From Macrostomum lignano (Eukaryota): a DNA stretch of 64,000 nt. Made by a program: the position numbers and the translations under genes. Below the pieces are notes generated by a model. The model had not been told where the DNA came from. It ran no database searches and worked only from the letters and a program-made list of their open reading frames with translations. Positions within the stretch are counted from its first letter, which is position 1, and every line of letters starts with the position of its first letter. Positions 1 through 12,709 of the stretch are shown piece after piece. The stretch lies in contig NIVC01002964.1 in the NCBI GenBank assembly GCA_002269645.1, positions 1 to 64,000 of the forward strand. Reading direction: 5' to 3'.

Positions 1-723
1 GTTAGCAGTGAATAGCGATATATTATATTTCACCGAAACCAATCATAGCATTTATAACGCGGAGAAATTCAAGACTCCGGCAGCTTATCGACTTCATCGT
101 AGTGGATTTTGTACTCCTCCAGCCAGGCCATGAAGAAGTAGTCATTGAAGGTGACGCCCCGCTGCTTGAAACCAGTCCTGCTCGCCGCGAATCAGCCGCA
201 GGTAAATGCCGCCGTTGTCTGACGGGCCTCTGGCGAAAGTCTGCGCGAATTGACAGAAAGAGTGAGAGGGCTTGAGTCGGATTCAGGGACCGTAAGGAGT
301 GCTTCATTTTAAGGGCGAATTATGAAAAATCAGCCGGTTTAACTACGAGCAGTTGAACCCACTTTATTAACTGGACGGCAGGGCCCGAGCGGAAGCCAAA
401 TTTTCTTCAACTTCTTCAACAACTGATTAGTGCCAGCTTCCTTCTTATAGCTAAGTGTTAGTTCTTGGTTGGAATCAAACTTGAGCACTTTTTTATACGT
501 GATTGAGAGGTCCTAATTAAGCTAGCTGCTCAAAATGGGTGAACAGGGCGTTGCCATGAATTTAATGGTGGGGGAACAAGGCCAACAATTCATAGCAAAC
601 ATATTTGTCCATGACAATTTTACTCGAATAAGGTAACTTATAAAACTGAAGAAGGAATTGGTTCGTAAGAAAATGTGCTTTTTAAATTGTTTTATATGAA
701 TATTTTTGCTCCTTGCCTATCGC

Positions 724-752
724 GCCCCCGAAGGGGGGCACTAGATTGCTAG
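724..752 (+). mobile_element. Helitron-type 3' terminus (GC hairpin + CTAG); body extends left, 5' end not identified
   Basis: GCCCCC-GAA-GGGGGGC hairpin at 724-739, then AGATTGCTAG ending at 752 followed by T. The last 10 nt are identical to the Helitron ends at 12127 and 17330. Confidence 0.65.
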
Positions 753-815
753 TACGCTCGTACATGATTAAATTCATACACGTCCATTATTTTAAGAATC
801 GGTGTTGTCAGTGAT

Positions 816-1218
816 CATTTTAGCGCCACAGACACTCATTTAGCGCCGCAGGCACTCATTTTGGCGCCGCAGGCACTCATTTTAGCGCCACAGACACTCA
901 TTTTTGGCGCCGCAGGCACTCATTTTGGCGCCGCAGGCACTCATTTTAGCGCCACAGACACTCATTTTGGCGCCGCAGGCACTCATTTTGGCGCCGCAGG
1001 CACTCATTTTAGCGCCACAGACACTCATTTTGGCGCCGCAGGCACTCATTTTAGCGCCACAGACACTCATTTTAGCGCCGCAGGCACTCATTTTAGCGCC
1101 ACAGACACTCATTTTGGCGCCTCGGTCACTCATTTTAGCGCCACAGACACTCATTTTGGCGCCACAGACACTCATTTGGCGCCGCAGGCACTTATCTCAT
1201 TTTAGCGCCACAGGCACT
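816..1218. repeat. 21-bp minisatellite (CATTTTGGCGCCGCAGGCACT / CATTTTAGCGCCACAGACACT), ~19 copies
   Basis: Direct reading; explains the periodic ORFs 861-1205, 882-1175 and 904-1371. Confidence 0.95.
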
Positions 1219-3604
1219 CTATTTTTTCGCATTGAAGAAAAATTATTGATTTCCCCAACGGTTTACAAGGTGGAGTGGGGGGGACAAAGCATTGACATGT
1301 CCCCCAATAACTTTTACTGGGGGGGGGGGCATGCCCTCTATTACCCCCGGTGGCGACGCCCCTGGTGGTGAAAACATCCAAGCCTCCTGAATGTGTGTCC
1401 AGAGGTCCTCAAAGACCCGTCGCTGGCCCACAATAGCCTACTGAAAGTCTTACGGCTCTGCAGAGTTGGCACTCGGCCACAAACGAATAGTCATACTAGC
1501 CGTGATCATAGCAGCCATCCTGCACCATGTGGAACCGCACTCGATCCTCGGGATGGGAGCCCTTTGTTGCTGGGGACTTGGCCTCATGCAGCTGCGGCAG
1601 AGGCTTTCACGCTGTTCTGGTACTGTCATGGTCAGTGAGAAAAGTGTAAAATTATTGGGAGTGGGCAAGAATCAGCTCATGCACTGAGCCACTGAACGCA
1701 CGGAGCTTTTTAGACCCCCCCCATCTGCAGTGCTCACCCAGAGACAGGCAGTGTACTCAGCGCTTCTCAAGGCCAGATAATGAACAATACTGTACATTGC
1801 TGGCTTTCGCACTCTGAGTTGCAACAGTAGAAGGGATTGAAAGGAAAGCTCTTCTAGTAGCATATGGTAGCCCCTCCGACTCAGCGGCCCCTCCAAGCTC
1901 TCCACTTAGTTCTTTCTGATTAAGATAATCCATGCAGTGCTTCATTATTCAGTCATAGAGAATTAATATATGATAATTGACAGCCAACTGAATTTTCGTA
2001 AGCATTGTGACAAAGAGAAAAAAACAGAAAAGATACTTTTGGTTTTGCTGTCATCTGGCTGCCGAAGATGCATAAAAATACCATCTGGCTCACTTTCAAA
2101 TCGCATGCGCGACACAACGACACCTCCAAACAGCTACAGAATGTCCATCAGGAATAGACACGAAGAAAATAATTGAACCATATGGCTTATAAATATAATG
2201 ACATGTTGGGGGGGTTGTCGCTGACTATTGACTGGCTTGCTATTAAACTTTGACTCACTTTGTGCGCTGCTTACCACGCCAAGCGTGCACCCATCATGCG
2301 TACATCAATGCGTACATAACGTACTTCCTATATACTAAAAATGAGTTGTCTGTATGTGGGTAGGTATGCGATAGATTTCAGAAAAAAGGCTCAACCGATT
2401 TTCTTCAAACTTGCACCATTCGATCAGAAATTTTCCTGGGACGGTACATGCATCTTGGCTAAGAAATTGCTCAATTTTAAAGGGATTAAATATTCGAAAA
2501 ACATGCTTTTTTGCAAAGGTCAAGCAGCTCTTTCGACCTGAAATGCATTGTAAAAATGCTAGAGAAAAAACTGACTGACTGAATTCTGATTGTGATAAAG
2601 ATTGCATAACAGCTGAATTGTACCTCCGCCTTGAATTGCGTCACAGTGTTGAAAACACTGTGTAGAAGCATATTACGAGACTTGATTTAGACTGCGTAAC
2701 CATACTGACCGATTGAAAAATTGATTATGTCATAACTGCTTCGTGCTCATCTTATAGTGTAATTTTTGTTAAACATAAAAGAAGCGTCATGAAAAACCTA
2801 AAAAATGCTAGCGTCGAGGCTTACTAATTCAGAACCACAAGTGTCATAAAAATCGTAAAAGAAGTGTCATTTTAAGCATGAAAAGTTCCTGTAAAGCATA
2901 GAAGAAGCGCGAATATTCGAATAACACACATGCCTTTCTGCAAGGGTCAAGCAGAACTTCCTACTGTGAGCCATTCTGATTGGAATTAAACTTTGCAGCG
3001 CCCAGTAAAGTAGTATTTTTTGTCGCCAGGCTAGAGAACTATAAATGTACACTGCGAGAAAAGATTGTACATTATAAAATCTTCCCGTGCACAATTGACA
3101 TACTAACTTTAAATGCTGGAGAGAGGGAGAGTGAGAGAGTGAAATACATGCACATATATACAGTATCTAATTGATTCACAATATACGAACCATGTTTGAG
3201 ACTGACCCTCCAAAATGTAATAAAACCGTCTGATTATAAAAAAGTCCAAAAGTGCCACAGAGATAGATGTACATTGGCTACTGAGGCTTGCGCCTCCTTC
3301 AGAAAATTTATCTGAATCCTTTCACATAGGAGAGTTAGAGTTAGGTGTTTGAGAGAGAGTATTGAATAATAAAAAGAGTCCTGACCAATTAGCAGGCGGG
3401 TATTGGAGAGAATTTAGGCTTGCTGTACACACTGACAGTCTAACAGTGTACAAATGGTGTCCAGCTTTTTGGGATTGGGTGGTTGCTGAGTTTAAAACGC
3501 GTGACATTATAGACTTCATACCTTTCTCTTTTCTCGCACACAACCCTACTATCCTTTCTTTTCATTATAACTCAAAATTCTTATCTTTCAATTTGAATTC
3601 CAAT

Positions 3605-6600
3605 ATGGCTCGACGTGGCACCAGCGCATTGAAGAAGAGCAGAGATGCCAAGAAGAAGCGTCAGCAAGAGAGTGCCGTTGAGCGAGAGGAGCGGCTGGCT
3701 GGACTGCGGCAGCAGAAGAATGAGCGAACGGCCATGGAGACTGACGCGCAGCGAGAAGAGCGGTTGGCTGGACTGCGGCAGCAGAAGGCTGAGCGAACGG
3801 CCATGGAGACTGACGCGCAGCGAGAAGAGCGGCTGGCTGGACACCGGCAGCAGGAGGCTGAGCGAAGGGCAACTGAAACCGACGCTCAGCGAGAAGAGCG
3901 CCTGACGAGACTCCGGCAGGAAAATGCTGAGCGAAGGGCAACGGAAACAGACGCTCAGCGAGAAGAGCGTAGATCTGGAGACAGAACTCGTGCGGAGAAG
4001 CGACGCGCTTCAGAAACCGAAGAGCAACGAAGAGCTCGAGTGGAAGCCGAGCAAATTCGCCGTCGAGGAGTGTCGGCTGGCAGGTAGGATGACATTTTAA
4101 TTGGAGCTATATATTTTATAGCTATATAAAATCCAAGTGCCCTTTGTGCCTAATTCGGGGTATTTTCTATCTTAGCTGATGTTTTATTGGTACTTGGGCA
4201 TATAATTAAAAACTGGAATCTGTTTCGTGCATTTTTTCTCATCTTTTCAAGTCGATTGCTTTCCAAGAGTTTTATTTAAGAGATCAGTATAGAATAGCAT
4301 AAAATTTATTCGTCACTACTTTAATTACCGGCAAATGAAGTTGTGTATAATTTTTTTCCTATATTCCAGGTTTGATAGTAGTGAGTTGGCCACACCGTCT
4401 GTGGTACCTTTTGATGCGTTGCGCATAATTCGCATTCCTGGTGATGGGAACTGTTTTTTTTATGCAGTCTGTGATCAGTTGCAGGGCACTCCACTTGAGA
4501 CCGATGCGGCATCTTTAAGACACGAGCTGACGAGCCGTGTAGTGCAGATTATGCCAGAATTGATTGAACAAGGCTTTGTTTTGCCAGAAAATGCTGATTT
4601 CATTGTTGATTCCTCTTTTTCTGAAGGCACATATGTGCCTGATGAAGTTGTTCCGCTTTTAAGCCGTTGTTTTAATGTTGATCTGGTGATTTATCAAGAA
4701 AACGGCACTGTACTGCAGTACTGTATGTCCCCTTTGCAGCCACCGATTGCAATCGTCCGAATTCTTTTGCGTCATGAGCATTATGAGTCATTGCGATTTG
4801 CTAATCCGATTCCAGTTTCTGAGCCCATTGTAGATGCAGAGGAGCCAAGATTAACTCAGCAGAGTGCAGGTCATTTTGGCGCAAGACCTGCTCAAGAGAG
4901 GTAGGTCATTGGTGTGACTGGTCATCATAATTTATTTGTCATCGAACTCAAGTTGTTTTATTCCAATAAATTTTTTTGTAAACTGAAAGATTAACTGGGA
5001 AAACTGTTTGCCATTAATCCTTCCTAATCCTAATCCTTCTAATCACAGGCCAGAACGGATTATCAGGCCTGAAGCGCCAGCCCATAACTGTGGCCCAATG
5101 GACAGAGCATGCGACCAATGCGGTGCATTACTTTGGTGCTCTGAGACGAGGAATTTCTGCTGCGCCAAAGGCAAGGTGAAGCTGCCCAGCCGCACCGTGC
5201 CTCAAGTGCTGGCAGATCTGTACCTGGGGCGGCACAGAATGAGTGCGAGTTCCTGACCAACATTCGGAGTTACAACTCGGCGCTGCACCTGACATCGCTG
5301 GGTGCCAAACTGCGGTTGGTGCCAGGCTGGTGTCCCAGCTTCATCATCAGCGGCCAGTTGCATCACAACACGGCGCCGCTGTTTGCAGAGGATTCAGCTG
5401 AGCCCCATGGCTGGCAGGTGTATTTCAATGATCGCGAACTTGAAAGCCGCCAGAGTCTCAGCCAGAAGGTGAAGCCGGAGCTACTGGAGCTATTGCAGAC
5501 GCTGCTTCACGAGTGCAACGGCTATGTCCGCAGCCTGAGGGCAGTCGCTCATCGAATCAGTCAAGATCCGGAGTTGGGAGATGCGCGAATCGTAATTCAC
5601 CCTGACCGTCGACCATCTGGGGAACACATTCGGTATGTCTGCAAGACATTCTAATAAGATATTTTGCGTAATAAATTATCCAATTATCCAATTTGTACAG
5701 ACTCTGTATCCCACAAACTCCGTTCAAAATCAGGCGCTACAACTTGCCTACGGCGAACGAGGTCGGTATCCTGATTGTGGAGGACAATGAGAACACACCG
5801 GCCAGTCGGGACGTCGTGATTCAACTGCGTGGTGGCGGTTCCCAGAGAATCAGCGAGACGCACCGCTCATATGACCCGCTGGAGTATGTGCTGCTGTTCC
5901 CGAATGGCGAAGATGGCTGGCACCCGGAGTTGCTGATGAGTAATGGCAAGAAATTAACGCCCATGAAATACTATGCGAGCGAAATCATGGTGCGAGCGGG
6001 CCAGTTCAGTGTGCTGCACTATGGCCGAAGATTATTTCAGCAGTACTTGGTGGACATGTGTGCCAAGATTGAGGCAGAGAGGCTGCTGTATTTGCGGACC
6101 CATCAGCAGGACCTGCGCAGCGAGACATACAGCGGTCTGCGGGACGCTCTGTTTGCAGCTGATGGCAGGTCTACCGACAGAGATCCGAGTGACATAGGCA
6201 AGCCCGCGCATGTGCTTCTGTCTTCGAGCTTCGGCGGGCCAAGGCTGATGGAGAGGCTACAGGACGCTATGACCTATGTTCACAAGTTCGGTAAGCCGGA
6301 CCTGTTTGTCACCGCAACGTGCAATCCGAAATGGCCGGAGATCAGCGCTCAGCTGCTGCCTGGACAGCGGGCAGAAGACCGGCCGACATTGTTAGCCGAG
6401 TCTTTGAAATGAAGGAAAGCTCTTCTGGCCCAGTTGACCAAGCGCTATGGGAAAGAGGCCGCTCACGTTTGCTCACTGGAGTACCAGAAGCGTGGTGAGT
6501 AAAAATTCTGACTTGCAAGAATCAAAGTTTTAAGATTTATTAAAATTTAGATTTACAAAGGTTTTGTGATATTTTTTAATACTTTTTTGACGCTCCAGGT

Positions 6601-9600
6601 CTTCCCATGTGCACTTTCTGCTGTGGCTCGTGAGCGGTCAGCGAGTGACTCCGGACCGATACGATGACATCGTGTCTGCCGAGATTCCGGACCCAGAGCA
6701 GCAGCCTGTGCTGTATGAGCTGGTGAAGACGCACATGATCCATGGCCCCTGCGGCAAGGAGAATCCGGCGTGTCCTTGCATGGAGAATGGCGAATGCAGC
6801 AAGGGCTTTCCGAAAGAGTTCCAGCAGGTGACGCTGACCAGCGATACTGGCTACCCACTGTACCGCAGACTATCGCCTGAGATGGGCGGATTTACAGTGG
6901 ACAAACTGTTCAAAGGCCGGAGCATTCGCATGGACAACAGGGAAGTTCAAACGCTAATATATTGCTTAGTTGTGCATTGCAGCTTTTGTTTCTGAAAGTT
7001 AATGATATTATTTTTTCATTAAAACAGGTGGGTCGTTCCGTACAGCCCTGACCTGTTGCTCCAGTTTGCGTGCCACTTGAACGTCGAAGTTTGCGCCACT
7101 GTGAAGTCGGTCAAGTACGTGATCAAGTACCTGTTAAAGGGTGGCGACATGGCGACGTTCAAAGTCGATGCCAATAGGAATTCTACTGAACGAGAGAGCA
7201 GGCAGTGGGTGACCAGCAGCCGACGCAAACGACAGGAAATAAGCCGCGTGATGAGATTAAGAGTACCTGTCGCGCGCTACATTGGTCCAATGGAAGCCGT
7301 GAATACCATCTTGGGCTTTGAAGTAATTCGCATTCTAATTATTATTGGCTCATTTTAACCAGAGCTGTGAAACCTCGTCATAGTATAAATTGAATTTCCA
7401 TCGAAACTTAAAGGCTGTATATTTTCCTTCCACTTTCTGATCAGGTGCACAACAGGTTTCCGGCGGTCATCCGACTCTGCGTTCACAAGTCGGAAGAGCA
7501 GCTCGTGTATTTCAACGAGGGGACCGCAAGAGCAAAAGCGAGAACGCCGAAGGATTCGACGTTGACGGCATTTTTCAAGCTGTGCCGTATTGACGAATTT
7601 GCTGGGTCCTTGCTCTACACGGAGGTGCCGTCCTACTTTGTGTGGCTCTCCAGCGAAAGAGAGTGGCGGCGGGCCAAGCAGGGTGTGCGAGTCGATGGCC
7701 ATCCGGGTGTAGTGCGGAACAAAAACGTTGCACGCATGTACACGGTGAGTCCAAGAGCAGGTGATTTATTTTATGTTCGAATGCTCCTTTTGAATGTTAG
7801 GGACCGACTAGCTTCGAGGCGCTGCAGACCGTGGACGGCGTTGTGCATCGAGCGCCAAGGCTGCTTGCATGGCCCTTGGCCTGCTGCAGCGAGATGATCA
7901 CTGGCGGCGGTGTCTAGCTGAGGCCGTTCAGTCAAGAATGCCAAGAGCCCTGAGACATCTTCTGGCCGTAATTCTCATATGGGGTGAGCCTGAGGATGGC
8001 AGCGACCTCTGGTGCAGTTTTGCCGAGGATCTCAGCGAGGACCTGCGGTTCCACCACCGAGACTTGAGCACCGAGGAGATTACTGACCTGGCGCTGCGTG
8101 AGCTTCAGAGCATGCTGATCTCCATGGGCGGGAGAAGCCTGCCAGAGTACGGCCTGCCTGCGGCCTCCGTGACACCTCAAGATGGACCAATGCAGTTTGA
8201 TACGGTTGAGCAAGCACTGATTACTGAGGCGCGCTTACCAATGCTGACAGATGAGCAGAAAGCGGTGTACGAGTCCGTGACTCAGAATCTTGTGGACGGC
8301 ACCAGCGGCTTGCACTTCCTGGACGCACCTGCTGGCACTGGCAAGACCTTCCTGCTAGAGGTTCTGCTAGCCTTCGTGCGCAGCCGGGGTGAAGTCGCCC
8401 TCGCCGTTGCGGCTTCTGGAATCGCAGCGACTCTTTTGCCAGGTGGACAGACGGCGCATTCAACGTGAGTAATTTATTGTCAATATTTCAAAAAGCAGTT
8501 GTAAATATTTCGTGTGCTGTAAATATGTTAGGCATGGTGAAACTATTTTCTATGCCAGGTTCAAGATACCAATTCGGGCGATCCGTTCGAGCAAAGACGT
8601 GTGCGCTGTTGGAGCGCAGTCCAAACAGGCCGCTGTATTTCGGACAGTGCGTCTAATTGTCTGGGACGAGATTTCTATGACAAACCGGAAGGATTTGGAG
8701 GCCGTCGACCGGTGCTTGCGAGACGTGCGGAAGCAGGACGTGCCATTCGGCGGAGTGGTTTTCGTTTGCGCTGGGGACTTTCGCCAGCTGCTGCCCGTTG
8801 TGGTGCATGGGACTCGAGCCAACAGCGTCATGGCGTGTGTCAGCAGATCCCCACTGTGGAAATTTTTCCGGCGGCATCGCCTTACAAGAAACATCCGATT
8901 GCTGAGCAGTTCCGATTCTGCAACGTATTTGAGATACACCGAGCTACTCAAGCAGGTAAGTTTGTTTTCATCAGTTTATTTATTGGAAGATTTAAGGATA
9001 TTCGGTTTCTTTCGTGTTGAGAGCTCCATTTTAAAAATTGTGGCTTATTCAAGAATGCCTAGCTTAAAGTCTGTCTAGCGTTTTAAATATTTGACTTTTA
9101 ACTCCCCCAGATCGGATCCGGAACAATTGACCAGGATGCAGAGGAGAAAGTGTCTCTTCCTGCTGAGATCATCATTTCTGCGGAGGCGCCGCTCAATGAT
9201 CTGATAAATTTTGTGTACCCATCGTTTGAGGCGTCAGTGGAGAGGGACGGCTACTTTGCAAGCCGAGCGATCCTGGCGCCGTACAATGACTCAGTGGATG
9301 CCATCAACGAGACGTGCCTGGGCATGTTCCCCGGCAGCCTGCGGGAGTACCGCTCAATAGACAGTGTGGCCGATGAGGATGCCGCTACGCACTTCCCGCC
9401 TGAGTTGCTCAACCAGCTGGATGCCCCGAACTTTCCGATTCACTTGCTGAGGCTAAAAGTGGGTATGCCAGTAGTTCTTCTCAGGAACATCAACCCGCCA
9501 CGATTGTGCAATGGTACGCGGCTCATCATACTCGCAATGGGCGAGAACGTGCTTAGATGCAAGATTGCCGCCGGCCAGTTCACGGGAGACGAGATTCTTC

Positions 9601-9875
9601 TGCCGCGAATCCCGCTGATTCCTAGCAATGCGGACCTCCCCGTCAGTTTTAAGCGGCTGCAGTTCCCTGTGAAGCCGAGTTTCTGCCTGACGATTCACAA
9701 GTCGCAGGGACAGTCTCTGGACACAGTTGGCATTGACCTGTCAGTCGGTTGCTTCACGCATGGCCAGCTGTACACGGCGCTGTCACGAGCAAAGAACGCG
9801 GCAAATGTTCGCGTCCGGATTCCGGGAACAAGGACCAGAAACGTTGTGTTTCCAGAAGTTCTCACTGAAGACTAA
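3605..9875 (+). pseudogene. Helitron RepHel transposase (basic/acidic helical repeats - OTU protease - Zn-binding motif - HUH Rep - PIF1-like SF1 helicase), 9 exons, frameshifted as assembled
   Basis: Exons ~3605-4083, 4370-4900, 5049-5632, 5734-6494, 6599-6940, 7028-7322, 7445-8464, 8559-8955, 9111-9875. Motifs: ETDAQREERL repeats; IPGDGNCFF...HYES (OTU); CDQCGALLW...CCAKGKV; EHIRRYNLPTANEV; DLFVTATCNPKWPEI; EYQKRGLPHVH (HUH, after restoring one base); KYVIKY; DAPAGTGKT (Walker A); VWDEISM (Walker B); GDFRQLLPV; TIHKSQGQSL; HGQLYTALSR. Frameshifts near 5230, 6385, 6413, 6606 and 7800; the donor at 6941 reads GGAAGT instead of GTAAGT. Confidence 0.92.
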
Positions 9876-11019
9876 TTTATTTATCGTAAAAAATGAGGGG
9901 TGAGCAATAATTTTCCTTATGCAAAAGGCTAGAAAGTATATTCATTTATTTTTAAGGAAAAATAGAATAATTATTTCCCCATATCTCTTAAGTAATAGCT
10001 CTCATTCTCTAAAGCAATAGCTGTCAATAGCTCTCATTCCTAAAAGAATCGCAGGAAACTTATTGCCCCAACCTCATTTCTAACGAAGCGTAGATATTGC
10101 ATGGCAGTGAGTACGAGCTAATAGCTGATGAACTTTATGTTGAAGCTCAATTAGGCTTATTTTATTCATTGTATTAATTTTTACAGTCAATTTGCACTTT
10201 ACAGTTAATTTGTATTTTAAGGCAATTTCATATTAGCCGAAAGTAACTTTTGAAACAAACCTTCTTTTGCACTGCTTTTAATGAATTCAATCTTTGATGA
10301 GCAGTTAATTTTGTCTTTTATTTTTCACCTGAAATTTCATTATAATTCGTGTAAAAACTTTACTTATTTTATATCGCAAATTTATGCAAAAGACGAAACA
10401 ATTTTGTTTTTAGTTTTCCAAGGTTCGCAAAAACTTAACATTAGAGTGAATTTTAGTATATGGATTTTTACGCAAACTACGAGTGACAGTCTTTTTTTCA
10501 AAAATCAAAAATATCTCGATCAAGTCACCTGTGACAACTGTGGACTGTAAGCTCATAAAAAACGATTTGCATCAACTTGCGACGGGGCCTTCGTCTTCCA
10601 TATATTGAAAGTTGAATAATATACGAAACTCACAAGATGTCAATTTTAACTAAGGCGAAGGCCCTGAATGAAGCTTTTGTTTTACTTCATTTCTTAATCT
10701 TTGGCGAAACAAATATGAATAGTCTGTGGCAAAGCGCAAAGGCTAAGGAAATAGAGCCGAACTGATTGTTCTGACTATGGATTTGAGGGCAGGAATGAGC
10801 GAATCCGAGGGCTGCGACTATAGACTAACGTAGAGTATTAAAGGAACTCATCTGGTCACATGCAGCCATTGCACACGCTATGTATACGTGGTTGTACTTT
10901 TAATGCCATGTTCATAAGTTTTAACTTTGTACTTTTCAAGTTTATTCGCGAAAAAATACAAAAAATTCTTGCGTTACAAACGTCAAAAACGTTTAACAAA
11001 ACGTTTAACAAACGTTAAA

Positions 11020-11800
11020 AATTAAAGAGCCACAATGTCTAACATTAAAGAGCCACCATGTCAAACATTAAAGAGCCACCATGCCAAACATTAAAGAGCC
11101 ACCATGTCAAACATAATAGGACCAACATGTCAAACATTAAAGAGCCACAATGTCAAGCATAAAAGGACCACCATATCGAACATTAAAGAGCCACCATGTC
11201 AAAAATTAAAGAGCCACCATGTCTAACATTAAAGAGCCACCATGTCGAACATTAAAGAGCCACCATGCCAAACATTAAAAAAGAGCCACCATGTCAAAAA
11301 TAAAAAAGCCACCATGTAGAACATTAAAGAGCCATTATGTCAAACATAAAAGAGCCACCATGTCAAACATTAAAGAGCCACCATGTCAAACATAAAAGGA
11401 CCAACATGTCAAACATTTAAGAGCCACCATGTGAAGCATAAAAGGACCACCATGTCGAGCATTAAAGAGCCACCATGTCTAACATTAAAGAGCCACCATA
11501 TCGAACATTAAAGAGCCACCATGTCGAAGATTATAGAGCCACCATGTCGAACATTAAAGAGCCACCATTTCAAACATTAAAGAGCCATCATTACATTGAG
11601 GTGCCACCAGGTCAAACATTAAAGAGCCACCATGTCAATCATAAAAGAGCCACCATGTCCAACATATATGTGACTCCATGTCAAACATTAAATAGCCACC
11701 ATGTCAAAAATTAAAGAGCCACCATGTCTAACATTAAAGAGCCACCATGTCGAACATTAAAGAGCCACCATGTCAAACATAAAAGATACACAATTTCAAA
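11020..11800. repeat. 23-bp satellite (AAACATTAAAGAGCCACCATGTC) inside the Helitron 3' region
   Basis: Direct reading; ~33 degenerate units. Confidence 0.95.
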
Positions 11801-11894
11801 CGTAAAAGTAAGCGTCATGCCAATTTTAAAGGAGCCACTATAGAGCTAAGGAAATTGTGGCACTAGCTACTTATTGTCTGGTGGATGCTTACTA

Positions 11895-11990
11895 TTTGGG
11901 GATGCTTGCTATCTGGGGGATGCTTGCTATCTGGGGGATGCTTGCTATTTGGGGGATGCTTGCTATCTGGGGGATGCTTGCTGTCTTGGA
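11895..11990. repeat. 18-bp subterminal repeat (GGGGATGCTTGCTATCTG), ~5 copies
   Basis: Direct reading; expanded to ~14 copies in the second element (16960-17210). Confidence 0.9.
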
Positions 11991-12709
11991 TGATTTCTTT
12001 TTGCATTACACTTTATTTGAGCAGTTTGTCTGTTGTCTTTGTGAAGGCTTTATTTGGCTGTCTTTTTGTTACTTGTAGAGAACAGAGATTCTATACAGAT
12101 GTCCCCAACGGGGGCGAAGATTGCTAGTCCTATATACTAAAAATGAGTTGTCTGTATGTGGGTAGGTATGCGATAGATTTCAGAAAAAATGGCTCAACCG
12201 ATTTTCTTCAAACTTGCACCATTTGATCAGAAATTTTCCTGGGACGGTACATGCATCTTGGCTAAGAAATTTCTCAATTTTAAAGGGATTAAATATTCGA
12301 AAAACATGCTTTTTTGCAAAGGTCAAGCCAAATTTTTGACTTGAATTGCATTGTAAGAATGCTAGAGAAAAAACTGACTGACTGAATTCCGATTGTGATA
12401 AAGATTGCATCACAACAAGGTGAAAACAGTGCCACAGAAAAGCACACAAGACTTGATTGAAATTGCGTAACCATATTGCTAACTTAAATTGAGACTGATA
12501 CTGGCTGACTGAGAAATTGATTATGTCATAAATTTTTACTCTAACCGACTTGCTATAAGTATTGAATTATAAGGGCCACAGTTCATGTGCTCCAATTGAA
12601 AAGAGATAGCCGGATGCAAACAGACTGGAATGCTAATGTAGCGACCTTGGTTCGAATCTTAGTAGTGAAAAATGTTTTTTTTATTAAAACACCTTAAAAA
12701 CACAAAATG

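Larger units (their letters stand above)
2326..12127 (+). mobile_element. Autonomous-type Helitron, 9.8 kb
   Basis: 5' end TCCTATATACTAAAA at 2326 (same sequence recurs at 12128); 3' hairpin GTCCCC-AAC-GGGGGC at 12101-12115 and CTAG at 12124-12127; internal RepHel gene. Confidence 0.93.

Noticed and set aside
10105-10150. Hammerhead ribozyme core (CTGATGA inside a GAGCT/AGCTC stem)
   Set aside because: The GAAA strand is incomplete and no stem I can form.
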